A DNA stretch of 64,000 bases. Source: Octopus sinensis (taxonomy: Eukaryota). The DNA is taken from NCBI RefSeq assembly GCF_006345805.1, contig NC_042999.1, positions 107,694,001 through 107,758,000 on the forward strand, in the 5' to 3' direction. Both the position numbers and the translations under genes were made by a program. Below the pieces are notes generated by a model. That model searched no databases. It was not told the DNA's origin and saw only the letters and a program-made list of their open reading frames with translations. Positions 12,418 through 24,290 of this stretch are shown one piece after another. The stretch's first letter is position 1. Every line of letters starts with the position of its first letter.

Positions 12418-12666
12418 CAGCCGTTCAAGAATTTGGACCTGGAGATCTCCATTTCCAGCAACTTCGAGGGCCACCTCCCAGTGGTGTCGGGCGTCAACAA
12501 AGAGCCCTTGACTACAACAAGATAACCAAAGTTTTTTTTTTTTTTTCCAAGGTCTGGGGTCTCCCGCCCCTAAGCCCTAGACCATCACCTAATCACCTAA
12601 TCACCCTAACCCGTCTTGCTGCTTAACAACAACAACAAGAGCAGCAGCAGCAGCAGTGCCCACAAG
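12418..12666 (+). repeat. Unclassified repeat of about 250 bp, copy 1
   Basis: Colinear with the reverse complement of 16532-16756 (ccacctcccagtggtgtcgg; ccaaggtctggg; cccctaagccctagaccatca). Confidence 0.85.
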
Positions 12667-13921
12667 AGCAATAACAACAACAACTACCACAATGGCAACA
12701 CCATGGACAAACACACATACCCAGAGGAATACAACGACTTCACCCCTTTTTTTTCTTGAGTCTTAGGACAGCAGCAATACAATGGGGTGAGAGGTCAGGA
12801 CTGAGAAGAAGGACACACTACTACTAAAAACTGAGACACACACACAAACATACACACACACACACACACACACATACACAAACAAGGATATAAACACATT
12901 TGCACATAACGATACACATCTAAGAAGAACAGAATGGAGTAAGTGGAGCAAGAACACACAGGGAAATGAAAAGTGTCACTGAAGAGGTCACAGATGTGTG
13001 ATGAAAGATTTCCGGACAATAGCGAGGCGTTAGAATAATAAAATAACAGTAATAAATGAGTGAAGAAAAAAATATAGTGTGTGTGTTTATTTGGCAAAAA
13101 AAAATAAATAAATAGTAATAATAAATAAAATGACCATCCCAAAATACAACAAACATACATATATATATATATATATAGATATAAAATATATATATACATA
13201 GAAACATATGTATATCTTATTCTTTTAGAGGTTACACTTATGGGACTGCAGCCATGCAGGGACATGGCCTTGAAAGGTTTTGTTTATCATATCAGTCCCA
13301 ATACTTATTTTAAGGTACTTATCTTATTGATCTCTTTTTTCTCAAACTATGTAAAAGAACATAGACATAAGCACAAACATTCGCACACATGCACACACAC
13401 ACATCATTTTCATTATCATTATTATCATCATTTAACATATTTGATGCCTGTTTTTCTATGCTGGCTTGGATTGGATGGTTTCACTGGATCTGGTGGGCCA
13501 CAGTGTTGCATCATGCTCCATGTCAGCTTTGGAATGGTTTCTACTGCTGAGTGCTGTTCCAAACACCAACTAATTTACTGTGTGGGCTGAGTACTTTTTT
13601 TTCATCCCAATGGCATTAGTCCAGGTAACTTGCAAGGGAAGAAGAAACAAGAAACAGGGGAAAAGAGGGAGGAGGGAAAAGCCACTTTGACTAAGTGGGG
13701 TAAGCATTTAGGAGAATGTCGCATGCTTCCAAAAAAGAACTTTCACATTCTCTCAAAGTTTTTTTCTTAAAAGGGTAGAGAAATTCAAAGGATTGCTTTG
13801 GTCCAATGATAGAACATCTGTCATATCTACAGGAGATGTGGGTTCAAGGATAGCCCTTAACTTTTTCTATCCAAAAGGGATCTTAGCCCAATATTTACAT
13901 GCTATTATTTATGATTTTATG

Positions 13922-14140
13922 TGGTGGTGAGTTTTCTGAATTGTTAGCATATGCTGGACAAAATGATTAGTAGTATTTTGTTCATCTTTATGTTCTGTGT
14001 TCAAATTCCATCAAGATCGACTTCGCTTTCATCTTTTCAGGGGCAATGAAATAAGTACCAGTAAAGTACTGGTGGGGGGTGCTTGATGTTATTGACTTGG
14101 TCCTTGCCCCAAAGTTTCAGGCCTTGTGCCTTTACTAGGC
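13922..14140 (+). mobile_element. Degraded SINE, family B
   Basis: gtgttcaaattccatcaagatcgacttcgctttcatc..ataagtaccag matches the 8294 copy. Confidence 0.65.
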
Positions 14141-14211
14141 AGGATTATCTATAGCTTTGTACGTGCTTTGAGATACACAGTTTCAAAAAGGAACTATATA
14201 TATATATATAT

Positions 14212-14603
14212 ATTCTTTTACTTGTTTCAGTCATTTGACTGCGGCCATGCTGGAGCACCGCCTTTAGTCGAGCAAATCGACCCCGGGACTTATTCTTTGT
14301 AAGCCCAGTACTTATTCTATCGGTGTCTTTGGCCGAACCGCTAAGTGACGGGGACGTAAACACAGCAGCATCGGTTGTCAAGCAATGCTAGGGAGACAAA
14401 CACAGACACACAAACACATACACACACACATATATATACATATATACGACAGGCTTCTTTCAGTTTCCGTCTACCAAATCCACTCACAAGGCATTGGTCG
14501 GCCCGGAGCTATAGCAGAAGACACTTGCCCAAGATGCCACGCAGTGGGACTGAACCCGGAACCATGTGGTTGGTTAGCAAGCTACTTACTACACAGCCAC
14601 TCC
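14212..14603 (-). mobile_element. Young full-length SINE, family A
   Basis: CpG-rich copy with complete head and tail. Confidence 0.92.
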
Positions 14604-14616
14604 ATATATATATATA

Positions 14617-14815
14617 TGAATAAATAAATGGAGTTAACGCGTTAACTCCATTTATTTATTTATTCATATATTATTCAAAATATTCCACGTAAACACGAAG
14701 TTTCTACCTTTATAAACAAGGTGTTACAACATCTTTACTTGTGAGATTTTTGCTACCCTGGTAACTATTTATTTTTTTTTTCCGTGTTAATTGTTAATAA
14801 GGTAAAAATACACTC

Positions 14816-14820
<5 letters not shown>
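14617..14820. mobile_element. (TA)n-flanked element beginning with a perfect 42-bp palindrome
   Basis: 14619-14660 is aataaataaatggagttaacg|cgttaactccatttatttatt; (TA)n on both sides. Confidence 0.7.
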
Positions 14821-14851
<31 letters not shown>

Positions 14852-14853
<2 letters not shown>

Positions 14854-15394
14854 TCATCATCATCATCATCGTTTAACGTCCGCTTTCCATGCTAGCATGG
14901 GTTGGACGGTTCAACTGGGGTCTGGGGAGCCCGAAGGCTGCACCTGGCCAGTCAGATCTGGCAGTGTTTCTACAGCTGGATGCCCTTCCTAACGCCAACC
15001 ACTCCGAGATTGTAGTGGGTGATTTTATGTGCCACCGACACAGGTGCCAGACGAGGCTGGTGAACGGCCATGATCGGATGGTGTTTGTTACGTGCCCACA
15101 GCATGGAGGCCAGTTGATGCGGTATTGGCTACGGCCACGTTCGGATGGTTTTCTTACGTGCCACCGGCACTGGTACCACAAAGATACAAATTCCATTGAT
15201 GTTCATCTATTTTGATTTGGTTTGATTTGATTTGATTTTCACTTGCCTCAACAGGTCTTCACAAGTGTCACAAGAAGGAAGGTATGCACAGGTGGACTGA
15301 CTACATCCCAGGTAGGGGCCATGGGTTATGGCCTCACTAGTCTTGCTGGGTCTTCTCACGCACAGCATACTTCCATAGGTCTCGGTCTCTAATC

Positions 15395-15396
<2 letters not shown>
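14852..15396 (-). mobile_element. 5'-truncated RTE copy (ORF end, 3' UTR, (GAT)n tail)
   Basis: Minus strand ends MIRDRDLWKYAVREKTQQD*, compared with MTSDRDLWKYSVREKTRQDK* in the long copy; shared terminal ccaacccatgctagcatggaaagcggacgttaaacgatgatg. Confidence 0.9.
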
Positions 15397-15481
<85 letters not shown>

Positions 15482-15490
15482 TATATATAT

Positions 15491-15896
15491 CATCATCATC
15501 ATCATCATTTAACGTCCGCTTTCCATGCTAGCATGGGTTGGACGGTTCAACTGGGGTCTGGGGAGCCCGAAGGCTGCACCAGGCCAGTCAGATCTGGCAG
15601 TGTTTCTACAGCTGGATGCCCTTCCTAACGCCAACCACTCCGAGAGTGTAGTGGGTGATTTTATGTGCAACCGACACAGGTGCCACGCTCGGATGGTGTT
15701 TTTTATGTGCCACCGACACAGGTGCCAGATGAGGCTGGCGAACGGCCACGATCGGATGGTGTTTGTTACATGCCCACAGCATGGAGGCCAGTCAATGCGG
15801 TACTGGCTACGGCCACGTTCGGATGGTTTTCTTGTGTGCCACCAGCACTGGTACCACAAAGATACAAATTCCATTGATGTTCATCTATTTTGATTT
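15491..15896 (-). mobile_element. RTE 3' UTR copy, near-identical to 14852-15230
   Basis: Same sequence plus one extra hairpin module of about 40 nt. Confidence 0.9.
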
Positions 15897-16531
15897 GAAG
15901 CCTGTCATATAGCTGTGTGTGTGTATGTATGTATATATATATAGAAGCCTGTCACATAGGTGTGTGTGTGTATTATGCACACACACTCACACTCACACTC
16001 ACACACACATACATATGACAGACTTCTGTATATTTTCCCTGTGCCAAATTTATTCTATATTTCACAAAATATTGGTCAGCCTAAGCTTCTAATGGAAGAC
16101 ACTTGGCCAAGGTTCCGCAGAATGAGATCGTGTGTGCACGCGCACGTGTGTATGCATGCATGCATGTGTGCATGTGTGTGTGGGTGGGTGCGTGTGAATA
16201 CATAGTATTCAAAGATTGTGGCAGTGCTGTCACATTTATTTGAACCCTTTCTCACATTATTTCATCCCTACTTCTCTAAAGTCACTGCTTCTACTGCTAC
16301 CATTGTTATTATTGTTATTTAATTCCAAGTGAGGTTTAACTATGCCCATCTCCACATTTTTATCAAGATTGTAAAATGTAATTTTAAGGAGATTTTGGCT
16401 GTTATTTATAAAAGATCAATCAAAAATTTTGAAGCTACTTTAATAGCTTATCGTCATCAATAATAGTGGTGGCATAAGTGGTGGTGGTGGTGGTGGTGGT
16501 GGTAGTGGTGGCAGTGGTGTTGGTGGCAGTG

Positions 16532-16756
16532 CTTGTGGTGCTGCTGCTGTTGTTGTTGTTGTTAAGCAACAAGACGGGTAAGGGTGATTAGATGATGGTC
16601 TAGGGCTTAGGGGCAAGAAATCCCAGACCTTGGAAAAACCAAAAAAATTTTGGTTGTCTTGTAGTCGAGGGCTCTTCGTTGATGCCGACACCACTGGGAG
16701 GTGGCCTCGAAGTCACTGGAAATGGAAATCTCCAGGTTCAAATTTTTGAACGGCTG
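16532..16756 (-). repeat. Unclassified repeat of about 250 bp, copy 2 (inverted)
   Basis: Reverse complement of 12418-12666. Confidence 0.85.
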
Positions 16757-17636
16757 GTGGTGCTGCTGGTGATAGTGGTAGTGGTGGTAGTGCTAGTGGT
16801 GCTGGTAGTGGTGGCTTTTGTTTTATTACAGTTTAATGAGAGAATCTTTACCCATCAGTTTTACATGCCATCTAAGAGGTTGATCTTAACATGGTAGATA
16901 TCCAAACAATATAGAGCAATGCTTCTCAAAGGGATGGTACCAGTCACTAGGGGTAAAGGAAAAATTTTATATTGGGTACAAGAGACAAACAAAACAGTAG
17001 GAGGTAAAGTAAGCACCTGTACATTTCTTTTGATTATGGAAAGTGGCACCAGATCAATGTACAAAACGTTGCCAAGTTTTCAATCTTTTGAGAAAATATT
17101 TCATACAGAGAGTTTTTTTGTTCGTAACAACACCAACAAAAGTCAACTTTTCATTGTTTAGGTTTACACTTGAAACAATACATACTACATACCATTACTT
17201 TTGTTGTTCTTCTTGTTCATGTTGCCACTGACAAGATTTCTACATGGTGTTGTTGAAATGTCTATGTTTACTTGTAGTCCATGTTTATTACTATAAATAA
17301 AGTATTCTGCATAGTTTTTGATTTCAGAGTGGGAAAAGTATTATTTGGTACATCTTCAAATGGTTTGGTTTTGAATATTTACACGTTTTTTTTTTCTTTT
17401 CTTTCTTTTCTTTCTTCCCCTCCCGATTGCTGATGTGAAAGAACAAATAAAATTTTTTGTCCAGAAATAAAACACAAACTGTATTTCATTTTTTGTCAGT
17501 TTCTGCAGTGAGAGACTCCAGCTTGTGGTAAATTATCTGTATGTGAGTATTTGCAGTAAAAACTTTATTTCATGTAGTAAAATCCTTCACTTAGGAGAGC
17601 AACTCGAAGAAACATTTCTACTTTGTCAAGAGTGGT

Positions 17637-17637
<1 letters not shown>

Positions 17638-17711
<74 letters not shown>

Positions 17712-17743
17712 TGATAATGATAATAATAATAATAATAATAATG

Positions 17744-17799
<56 letters not shown>
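17638..17799. repeat. (TAA)n microsatellite
   Basis: Direct reading. Confidence 0.98.
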
Positions 17800-17800
<1 letters not shown>

Positions 17801-18146
17801 GGAGAGACAAATACTGTCAGATCATTGATGTAGCCCTACCAAATGACATGAATGTTGTGTGTAAAGAGGTTGAAAAAATCACCAAGTGGAAATGGCAACT
17901 GTATGGAATGTGAGAGGGTAATTAAAAGTGATGCCAGTGGTGATCGAAATGTTGTGGCTCAATCCCATTGGAACTTCAAGACTTCTTAAGGCAACTGGAA
18001 ATCCCATGCAAGATTGATGTCTTGCAAAAAGCAGCCTTATTGAGCACAGTGACGATATTAAGGAAAGTATTATCTGTCTGAGGTCGTTGTGACTAGACAG
18101 ATGACTAAAAACTCCAGTGCATTTTTACCTACACTGTGTTATGAAA

Positions 18147-18196
<50 letters not shown>
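17800..18196 (+). mobile_element. Dong/R4-type RLE LINE, 3' fragment with (TAA)n tail
   Basis: Reads RRDKYCQIIDVALPNDMNVVCKEVEKITK..VMPVVI..IDVLQKAALLSTVTILRKVLSV*, the C-terminus of a restriction-like endonuclease; short 3' UTR, then (TAA)n. Confidence 0.75.
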
Positions 18197-18199
<3 letters not shown>

Positions 18200-18352
18200 G
18201 GAGTGGTTCGTGTTAGGAAGGGCATCCAGCTGTAGAAACTCTGCCAGATCAGACTGGAGTCTGGTGCAGCCATCTGGTTCACCAGACCTCAGTCAAATCG
18301 TCCAACCCATGCTAGCATGGAAAGCAGGCGTTAAACAATGATGATGATGATG
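18197..18352 (+). mobile_element. Short RTE 3'-end copy
   Basis: aggaagggcatccagctgtagaaac..ccaacccatgctagcatggaaagcaggcgttaaacaatgatgatg. Confidence 0.85.
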
Positions 18353-18354
18353 AA

Positions 18355-18565
18355 TAATGGTTTCAAATTTTTCCATAAGGGCAGCAATTTTGGAGGATGG
18401 GGAGGAGGAGATAAGTCAATTTCATCAACTCCAGTGTTTCACAGGTACTTAATTCATTGGCCTCGAAATGACGAAAGGCAAAGTCAGCCTTAATGGAATT
18501 TGAACTCAGAATGTAGTGACAGGCAAAATACTGCAAAGCATTCCATCCAGGATGCTAAAGATTCT
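18355..18565 (-). mobile_element. Degraded SINE, family B
   Basis: gaaaggcaaagtcagcc..ggaatttgaactcagaatg is the reverse complement of the family B body. Confidence 0.7.
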
Positions 18566-18604
18566 GCTAAGCTTGCATTCTTAATAAAATTGATAATAAT
18601 GATG

Positions 18605-18647
<43 letters not shown>

Positions 18648-18660
18648 CAACAACAACAAC

Positions 18661-19825
18661 TGGCCTAGACACCTACTTGAAAACTCAGATGACTGGATAT
18701 TAAAACTTGTCTCAAAGTGTGAAAACAAGAAAGCTTCATACTCAGTAATAAAACAGGTAAAGAAATATCTAAGTGAATTCCAAATACAACAAAATTCCAG
18801 AATTTGATGTACTAGAAACAAGCACAGATAAAGTTAAGCATATAAAAACCTGTGCTAAAACTGCTGCCTTAGCTATTCTTACTGCTCAATGGCAAGAAAA
18901 ACCTCTCAATGGCAAATACCCAAAGAGAGCTAATAGTGCCAATGTTGACAAAGCACTTTCCCATCAATGGATTAAAATCAGAAACAGAAGGGTTTATCAT
19001 AGCCCAAGATCAATGCCTACCTACAAGGAACTACCAGGCCAACATATAGAAGAATGGCAATAGCCCAACATGTAATGTGTGTAAACAACAAAATGAAACC
19101 ATTGATCATGTTGTCTCCATGTTCAGTCTTCTTGCACCTACAGAGTATCTCAACAGGCATAATAGAGCAGCACAATATATTCACTGGGTAATTTGCAAAA
19201 ACCTGCACCTGCACCATGATAAAAATTGGTGGGAACACAAACCACCTCAAGTGCTTGAAAATGATCATATCTCAATCCTTTGGAACTTCACCATTCAAAC
19301 TGACAGAAAGATAGATGCAAATAGATCAAACATTATATTGAAAGACTTCAAACAAAAATCATGCTTCCTCATTGATATGACTGTCCCAATCAACATAAAT
19401 GTATCTGTCAAGACCTACCAGAAAGTGAGCAAGTATAAAGACCTTGAAATAGAAATTGGCAAAATGTGGAACCTGAAGACTAAAACAATACCTGTTGTCA
19501 TAGGTGCCCTAGGAATGATAGCAAAATAGGCTGATTCCTATCTAGCTCAGATACCAGGAAACCCCAAAATAATAGAAATTCAAAAGATAGTGTTCATGGG
19601 AACTGCCCATATCCTATATAAAATACTGTCTATGTAATATCAAATTTTAAAACAAACACATAATTTTCTTGTTTTCTTAAACATTCTCTAGAACAATATT
19701 ATGTGCAAAACTAAATATATGACACCCTAGGCATAACACCAACATGAACTTCTAACTTGTTGTCTCTTGAGGTCTCTGGGTGAGACTTGGAGTCAACTTG
19801 TACAAATACAAAGCAAAAGTGAAAC

Positions 19826-19858
<33 letters not shown>

Positions 19859-19900
19859 TAATAATAATAATAATAATATAATAATAATAATAATAATAAT
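18661..19900 (+). mobile_element. 5'-truncated Dong/R4-type RLE LINE with (TAA)n tail
   Basis: WQEKPLNGKYP, CCHC knuckle remnant (CNVCKQQNETIDHVVS), YLNRHN, decayed RPD (DRKIDANRSNIIL), LIDMTVP and KVSKYKDL; frameshifts and a premature TAG at 19527; flanked by (TAA)n/(CAA)n. Confidence 0.88.
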
Positions 19901-19954
19901 TATGATGATGATGAGGATGATGATGATGATGATAATGATAGTTGTTTCATATTT

Positions 19955-20370
19955 TAGCATAAGGCCAATTATACTGAGGGGACGCAGGTTAGTTGATACC
20001 ATTGACCATAATACTTGATTGGGACTTTATTTTACCAACCTCAAAGCCATAAAAGATGAAGTTGACTTCAGTAGGAATTGAACTCAGAATATAAAAACAC
20101 CAAAAGAAATCCAGTAAGGTATTTTTTTCAGACCTCTAATGGTTCTGCCAAAACATTACCCTTAATAAATCCATGTTTAGGCACAATTTTGCAGAGAGTG
20201 AGTTAGTCAATTACATTAAGGCCAACATTTGACAGGGATTCTATTTTACTGACCCTGAAAGTATGAAAGGCAAATTGATTTTAGTGAGATTTGAACTCAG
20301 AATATAAGCCACTGGAAGAAATACTATAAGACATTTTATTTGATGCTCTAATGATTTTGCCAAGCCACTA
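19955..20370 (-). mobile_element. Two adjacent degraded family B SINEs
   Basis: ggaattgaactcagaatata near 20075 and agatttgaactcagaatata near 20290, each preceded by a decayed gaaaggcaaagt-like motif. Confidence 0.6.
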
Positions 20371-21154
20371 TCCTGGATACAAATAACAAAAATAATAAGA
20401 ATTTCGCATTATTTTCAATCAGTTGGAGGTTTAAAATCAAAACAAACAAGCTCTTAAGGGTTAAGCTTCAGTGAGAAACTACTGACAATTTAAAATAACT
20501 CACCCTCTATTTGTTGCTTCAAAATGAGATTTAAGATTAAATTTTTGCAGGATTTTTATCTATTTTTACAATTACTGAAGAGTAATCATTAACTTACAAA
20601 CTCTGACACATCGCACAGCGAGAGATTATTGTAACACTACATCTTATTAAAGAATTAAATTACTGGCAATACACGCTTCATAGATTATCGTGTGAAGAAG
20701 AAGAAGAAGAAGAAGAAGAAGAAGAAGAAGAGATGCATTTCCTTTAAAAAAAAAGGAAACAAAAAAGGAAGGAGATGAGATCTCATTGAAATTGACAAGA
20801 CCATCACATTTTAAAGCAGAATTAAGATTTCTTATGAAATGTTACATTCCCATATTCCTAAACTGACATGTGATTCTAAAGTGTCTGTTGTGTATTAGTT
20901 TCTGGACCAATGCAGTCAAATATATAACGAAATCAAACCATAGTTGTTTCTCTTCCAATTACTTTGGTTAAGAAACTTTATTTGTTATTTGAATGAACAT
21001 TTCTTTCTCTCTGTTTCTGTATTTGTAACCTCAATGTATTGTATATTATTTGATTTGAACAGCTCTCTTGTTAACCCCACATCGTCACCAGTGAACACGA
21101 AAAAATATAAATAATTGTAATTATTTCGCACGCAATAACAACTCATATATATAT

Positions 21155-21500
21155 CATCATAATCATATTTTAACGTCCGTTTTCCATGCTAGCATGGGTT
21201 GGACGATTTGACTGAGGACTGGCAAACCAGATGGCTGCACCAGGCTCCAATCTTGATCTGGCAGAGCTTCTACAGCTGGATGCCCTTCCTAACACCAACC
21301 ACTCCGAGAGTGTAGTGGGTGCTTTTATATGCCACCGGCACGAGGGCCAGTCAGATGGTACTGGCAACGGCCATGTTCAAATGGTGTTTTTTACGTGCCA
21401 CTTGCACAGGAGCCAGTTAGCTGCTCTGGCAACAATCACGCTCAGATGGTGCTCTTAGCACTCCACTAGCATGGATGCCAGTCATCAAATTTGATTTGAT
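21155..21500 (-). mobile_element. RTE 3' UTR copy
   Basis: tttaacgtccgttttccatgctagcatgggttggacg and gtgccaccggcac hairpin modules. Confidence 0.85.
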
Positions 21501-21502
21501 TT

Positions 21503-22356
21503 CACGTATTTCATGAGGTGCGTTTAACGTTCCTGAATCCCTCAGTCTTTTTCAGAAACATGTCTTAACTGCAACCCCAATCATCAGGACTCTTCATAAC
21601 TTTTTATAATTCTATAACTATTTCAATATTTTTATATTTTATCAGTTACGAATGTAACTAACATTTTTTCACTGAGCCTTGCAGCATTAAGTTGAACTTA
21701 GCTCAAATTATGACCATGTTATACAATGGTAGATTGAACATACATATTTTTTACAATATTTTTACGACATTTGTTTTATGATATTTTTTTACGTTATTTT
21801 TTACGTTATTATTACACTATAATTTTTACTTTGTAAATTAAGGTTCTTATATTTTATCATCTTTTAATTTTTTCTCCGTAGATTTCGTTATATATCTTTT
21901 TATACTTTTTGCATTTTGTTATTCATTCGTATTTGTTTACGTCCACTTTTATCTATAGTTTTTATTCGAATATATATTTTCTTGTGACTGTTTATTTTAT
22001 CATCATTATATTATTTATTCTTTTCATTATTATATTATAATTTTCTTCATTCCAACATGTTATTAATTCATATGTATGTTTATAGGCATAAATCACATTT
22101 TATTTTAGTTTTGTAAATTTTTAATTTTTAATTAATTAAATTATGGCTTGCACGGCAAGGTTCAGCAAATTTATTTGCACACCTGCATATTTGTTTGTTA
22201 GTTACATTCGTAACTGATAAAACATAAAAATATAGGAATAGTTATAGAATTATAAAAACTTATGAAGAGTCCCGATGATTGGGGTTGCAGTTAAGACATG
22301 TTTCTGAAAAAGGCTGAGGCTCTCGGGAACGTTAAATGCACCTCATGAAACATGTG
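21503..22356. mobile_element. Element with 161-bp inverted arms, possibly inverted Penelope pseudo-LTRs
   Basis: 21503-21663 and 22196-22356 are reverse complements with few mismatches; T-rich spacer; decayed hammerhead-like motif in each arm. Confidence 0.75.
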
Positions 22357-22859
22357 TAGAAGAGAAATTTGGAACTGAAATAGTAAGTATTAAAATAAAA
22401 TTCTATGATATGGTGTGATGTATATTAGGATTTGATGAATCGCATGAGGACTTCTATCTCTAAATGACATATATTTCCCTATCGAGAATAAGTCAATTTA
22501 TTTGAATCCCTGTGACGCCGGAATTTTTATTCCCTAATTAATATATAAATAAAATAATATATATATATGTACATACATATATAGTGCATCATGGATTTTA
22601 GTCAAAATTAACTGAATGGTAAATTGCTCAATCAACTGGTTTACTAGACAGGCTCATTGAATTAGCTAGTAAGTAGCTGAGTATTCCACAGGTTTTTATT
22701 TCCCTAGAATCAGCATGATACAGTGTGACAAAGGTGGATCTTTGAATTACAAGCACTATTCAATTAATTGACATTTATTGTCCAATTTCCATCATCCCAG
22801 TTTCCTTCACAAGATATGGATTGACAAAGACTATAAAAAATAACACTCAAGATGCCAGG

Positions 22860-23110
22860 CATCATCATCATCATCATCACTACCATCATTTGATGTCTGC
22901 TTTCCATGCTGGCATGAGTAGGACAAAGAGAGAGGGAACCTGTTAACCACAGGGCAGCATCAAGCTCCAGTGTCAACTTTGGCATGGTTCCTGCAGTTGG
23001 ATGCCCTTTCTGATAATGCCAGCTACTTTACAGAGTGTACTGGGTGCATTTTTCATGCCACCAGCACTGATGGGGTTGCTGTGTATCTTGCAAGACAGGA
23101 AAGAACAGAG
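22860..23110 (-). mobile_element. Older RTE-like 3' tail repeat
   Basis: (CAT)n, tgtctgctttccatgctggcatg and gcagttggatgccctttct; related copies at about 13420-13620 and 41782-42030. Confidence 0.6.
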
Positions 23111-23354
23111 ATAGAGGAAAGGGAAAAAGTTCCCACTTCTAAAAGGAAGTATTTAGGAGGGGAAAGTGAAGGTGGGTAGCTGTATTTGAGATGCTGAAGC
23201 ACTAAAATATTATAGAGGGATAAGCACAGATGTCTTGCTATAGAGGAGATATATAGCTGAAGGAGATAAGTGGGAAGCAGTGTTAGGTGCAAGAGCAAAC
23301 TCTCAAGGAATGAGAAGGTGAGCATAGGAGAAGACATGGATAGTGGATCATGGG

Positions 23355-23772
23355 CAGTGCTGGATTAACCATTAAGCAAAATATGCATGTGCTTAGGGCA
23401 TCAAGAGAAGGAGAGGACACCACAAAAATGGTAAATGGTTTATGGTACAAAATAAATCACTTTAAACTTGCTAAAATAATATTCAGGATGCCTTTATCTC
23501 TACTAATTAAAGATGCAGATGTGCTGCCTAAGATTGATTTTGAGGATCAAAGACTTTGCAATCCAAAAATGTAGGAAACTTTTCAAACATAAATAAAGTG
23601 GAAATATACAAAAATAAACATTATTTTCCCTCTTACTGTTTTGTTTCGTTTTGAAAAATTGAAATTTATTTTATGGTTTGTTATTGTTTATATTTTGAAT
23701 TACATAATCTTTTATGGGGGTACCAAAATCTTTGAAGTGCTTAGGGCCTTGATGGGTCTTAATCCAGCCTTG
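23355..23772. mobile_element. hAT-type MITE
   Basis: TIRs cagtgctggattaa / ttaatccagccttg (12 of 14 match); 8-bp TSD atcatggg (23347-23354) / atcatgag (23773-23780). Confidence 0.8.
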
Positions 23773-24049
23773 ATCATGAGAAGAAATGAGATAGTGAATG
23801 CTTTCATAAGAGTGTGAGGGAGGAGTAAACTGATGAAGGCAGAGGTTAATGTAGTGAGTGATGAACAAGGGTGGGGGTAAATTCAGACTGCATAGTTGCA
23901 AAATAAACTTCTTAGACATTCACCATATTGTACCTATATTTCATACATTTTTGCACCCTAGTAAAAGTTAGACAAATACTTATTTTCGAAGTTCTCATGA
24001 CAACTAAGATGATAGAGTGGAGGATTTTAGTTGCAGTTATATATTTATA

Positions 24050-24290
24050 CAATAAAACATTTACAGATACTAATTTAACAGATTAACTATTTCAGAATCT
24101 CTTTTGTGTAATCAATAATACGTTTCATCCAGTAAAACGGTTATAAGTACCAATTTGTCAGCTTAATTTATTCAAAATCTCTTTTGTGTAATTAGTAATT
24201 TAGTTTATCTTGTTAAAACATTTATAGTAGCTAATTTAGTAGATTAATTCATTATTCAGAATCTCTTTGATATGATCAATAGCATAGTTG
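24050..24290. repeat. Minisatellite, 3 units of 80-84 bp
   Basis: ca(g/a)aatctcttt recurs at 24093, 24173 and 24257. Confidence 0.7.

Noticed and set aside
12570-12612. Telomere-like ccctaa words
   Set aside because: Only a few scattered words inside a dispersed repeat, not a (TTAGGG)n array.
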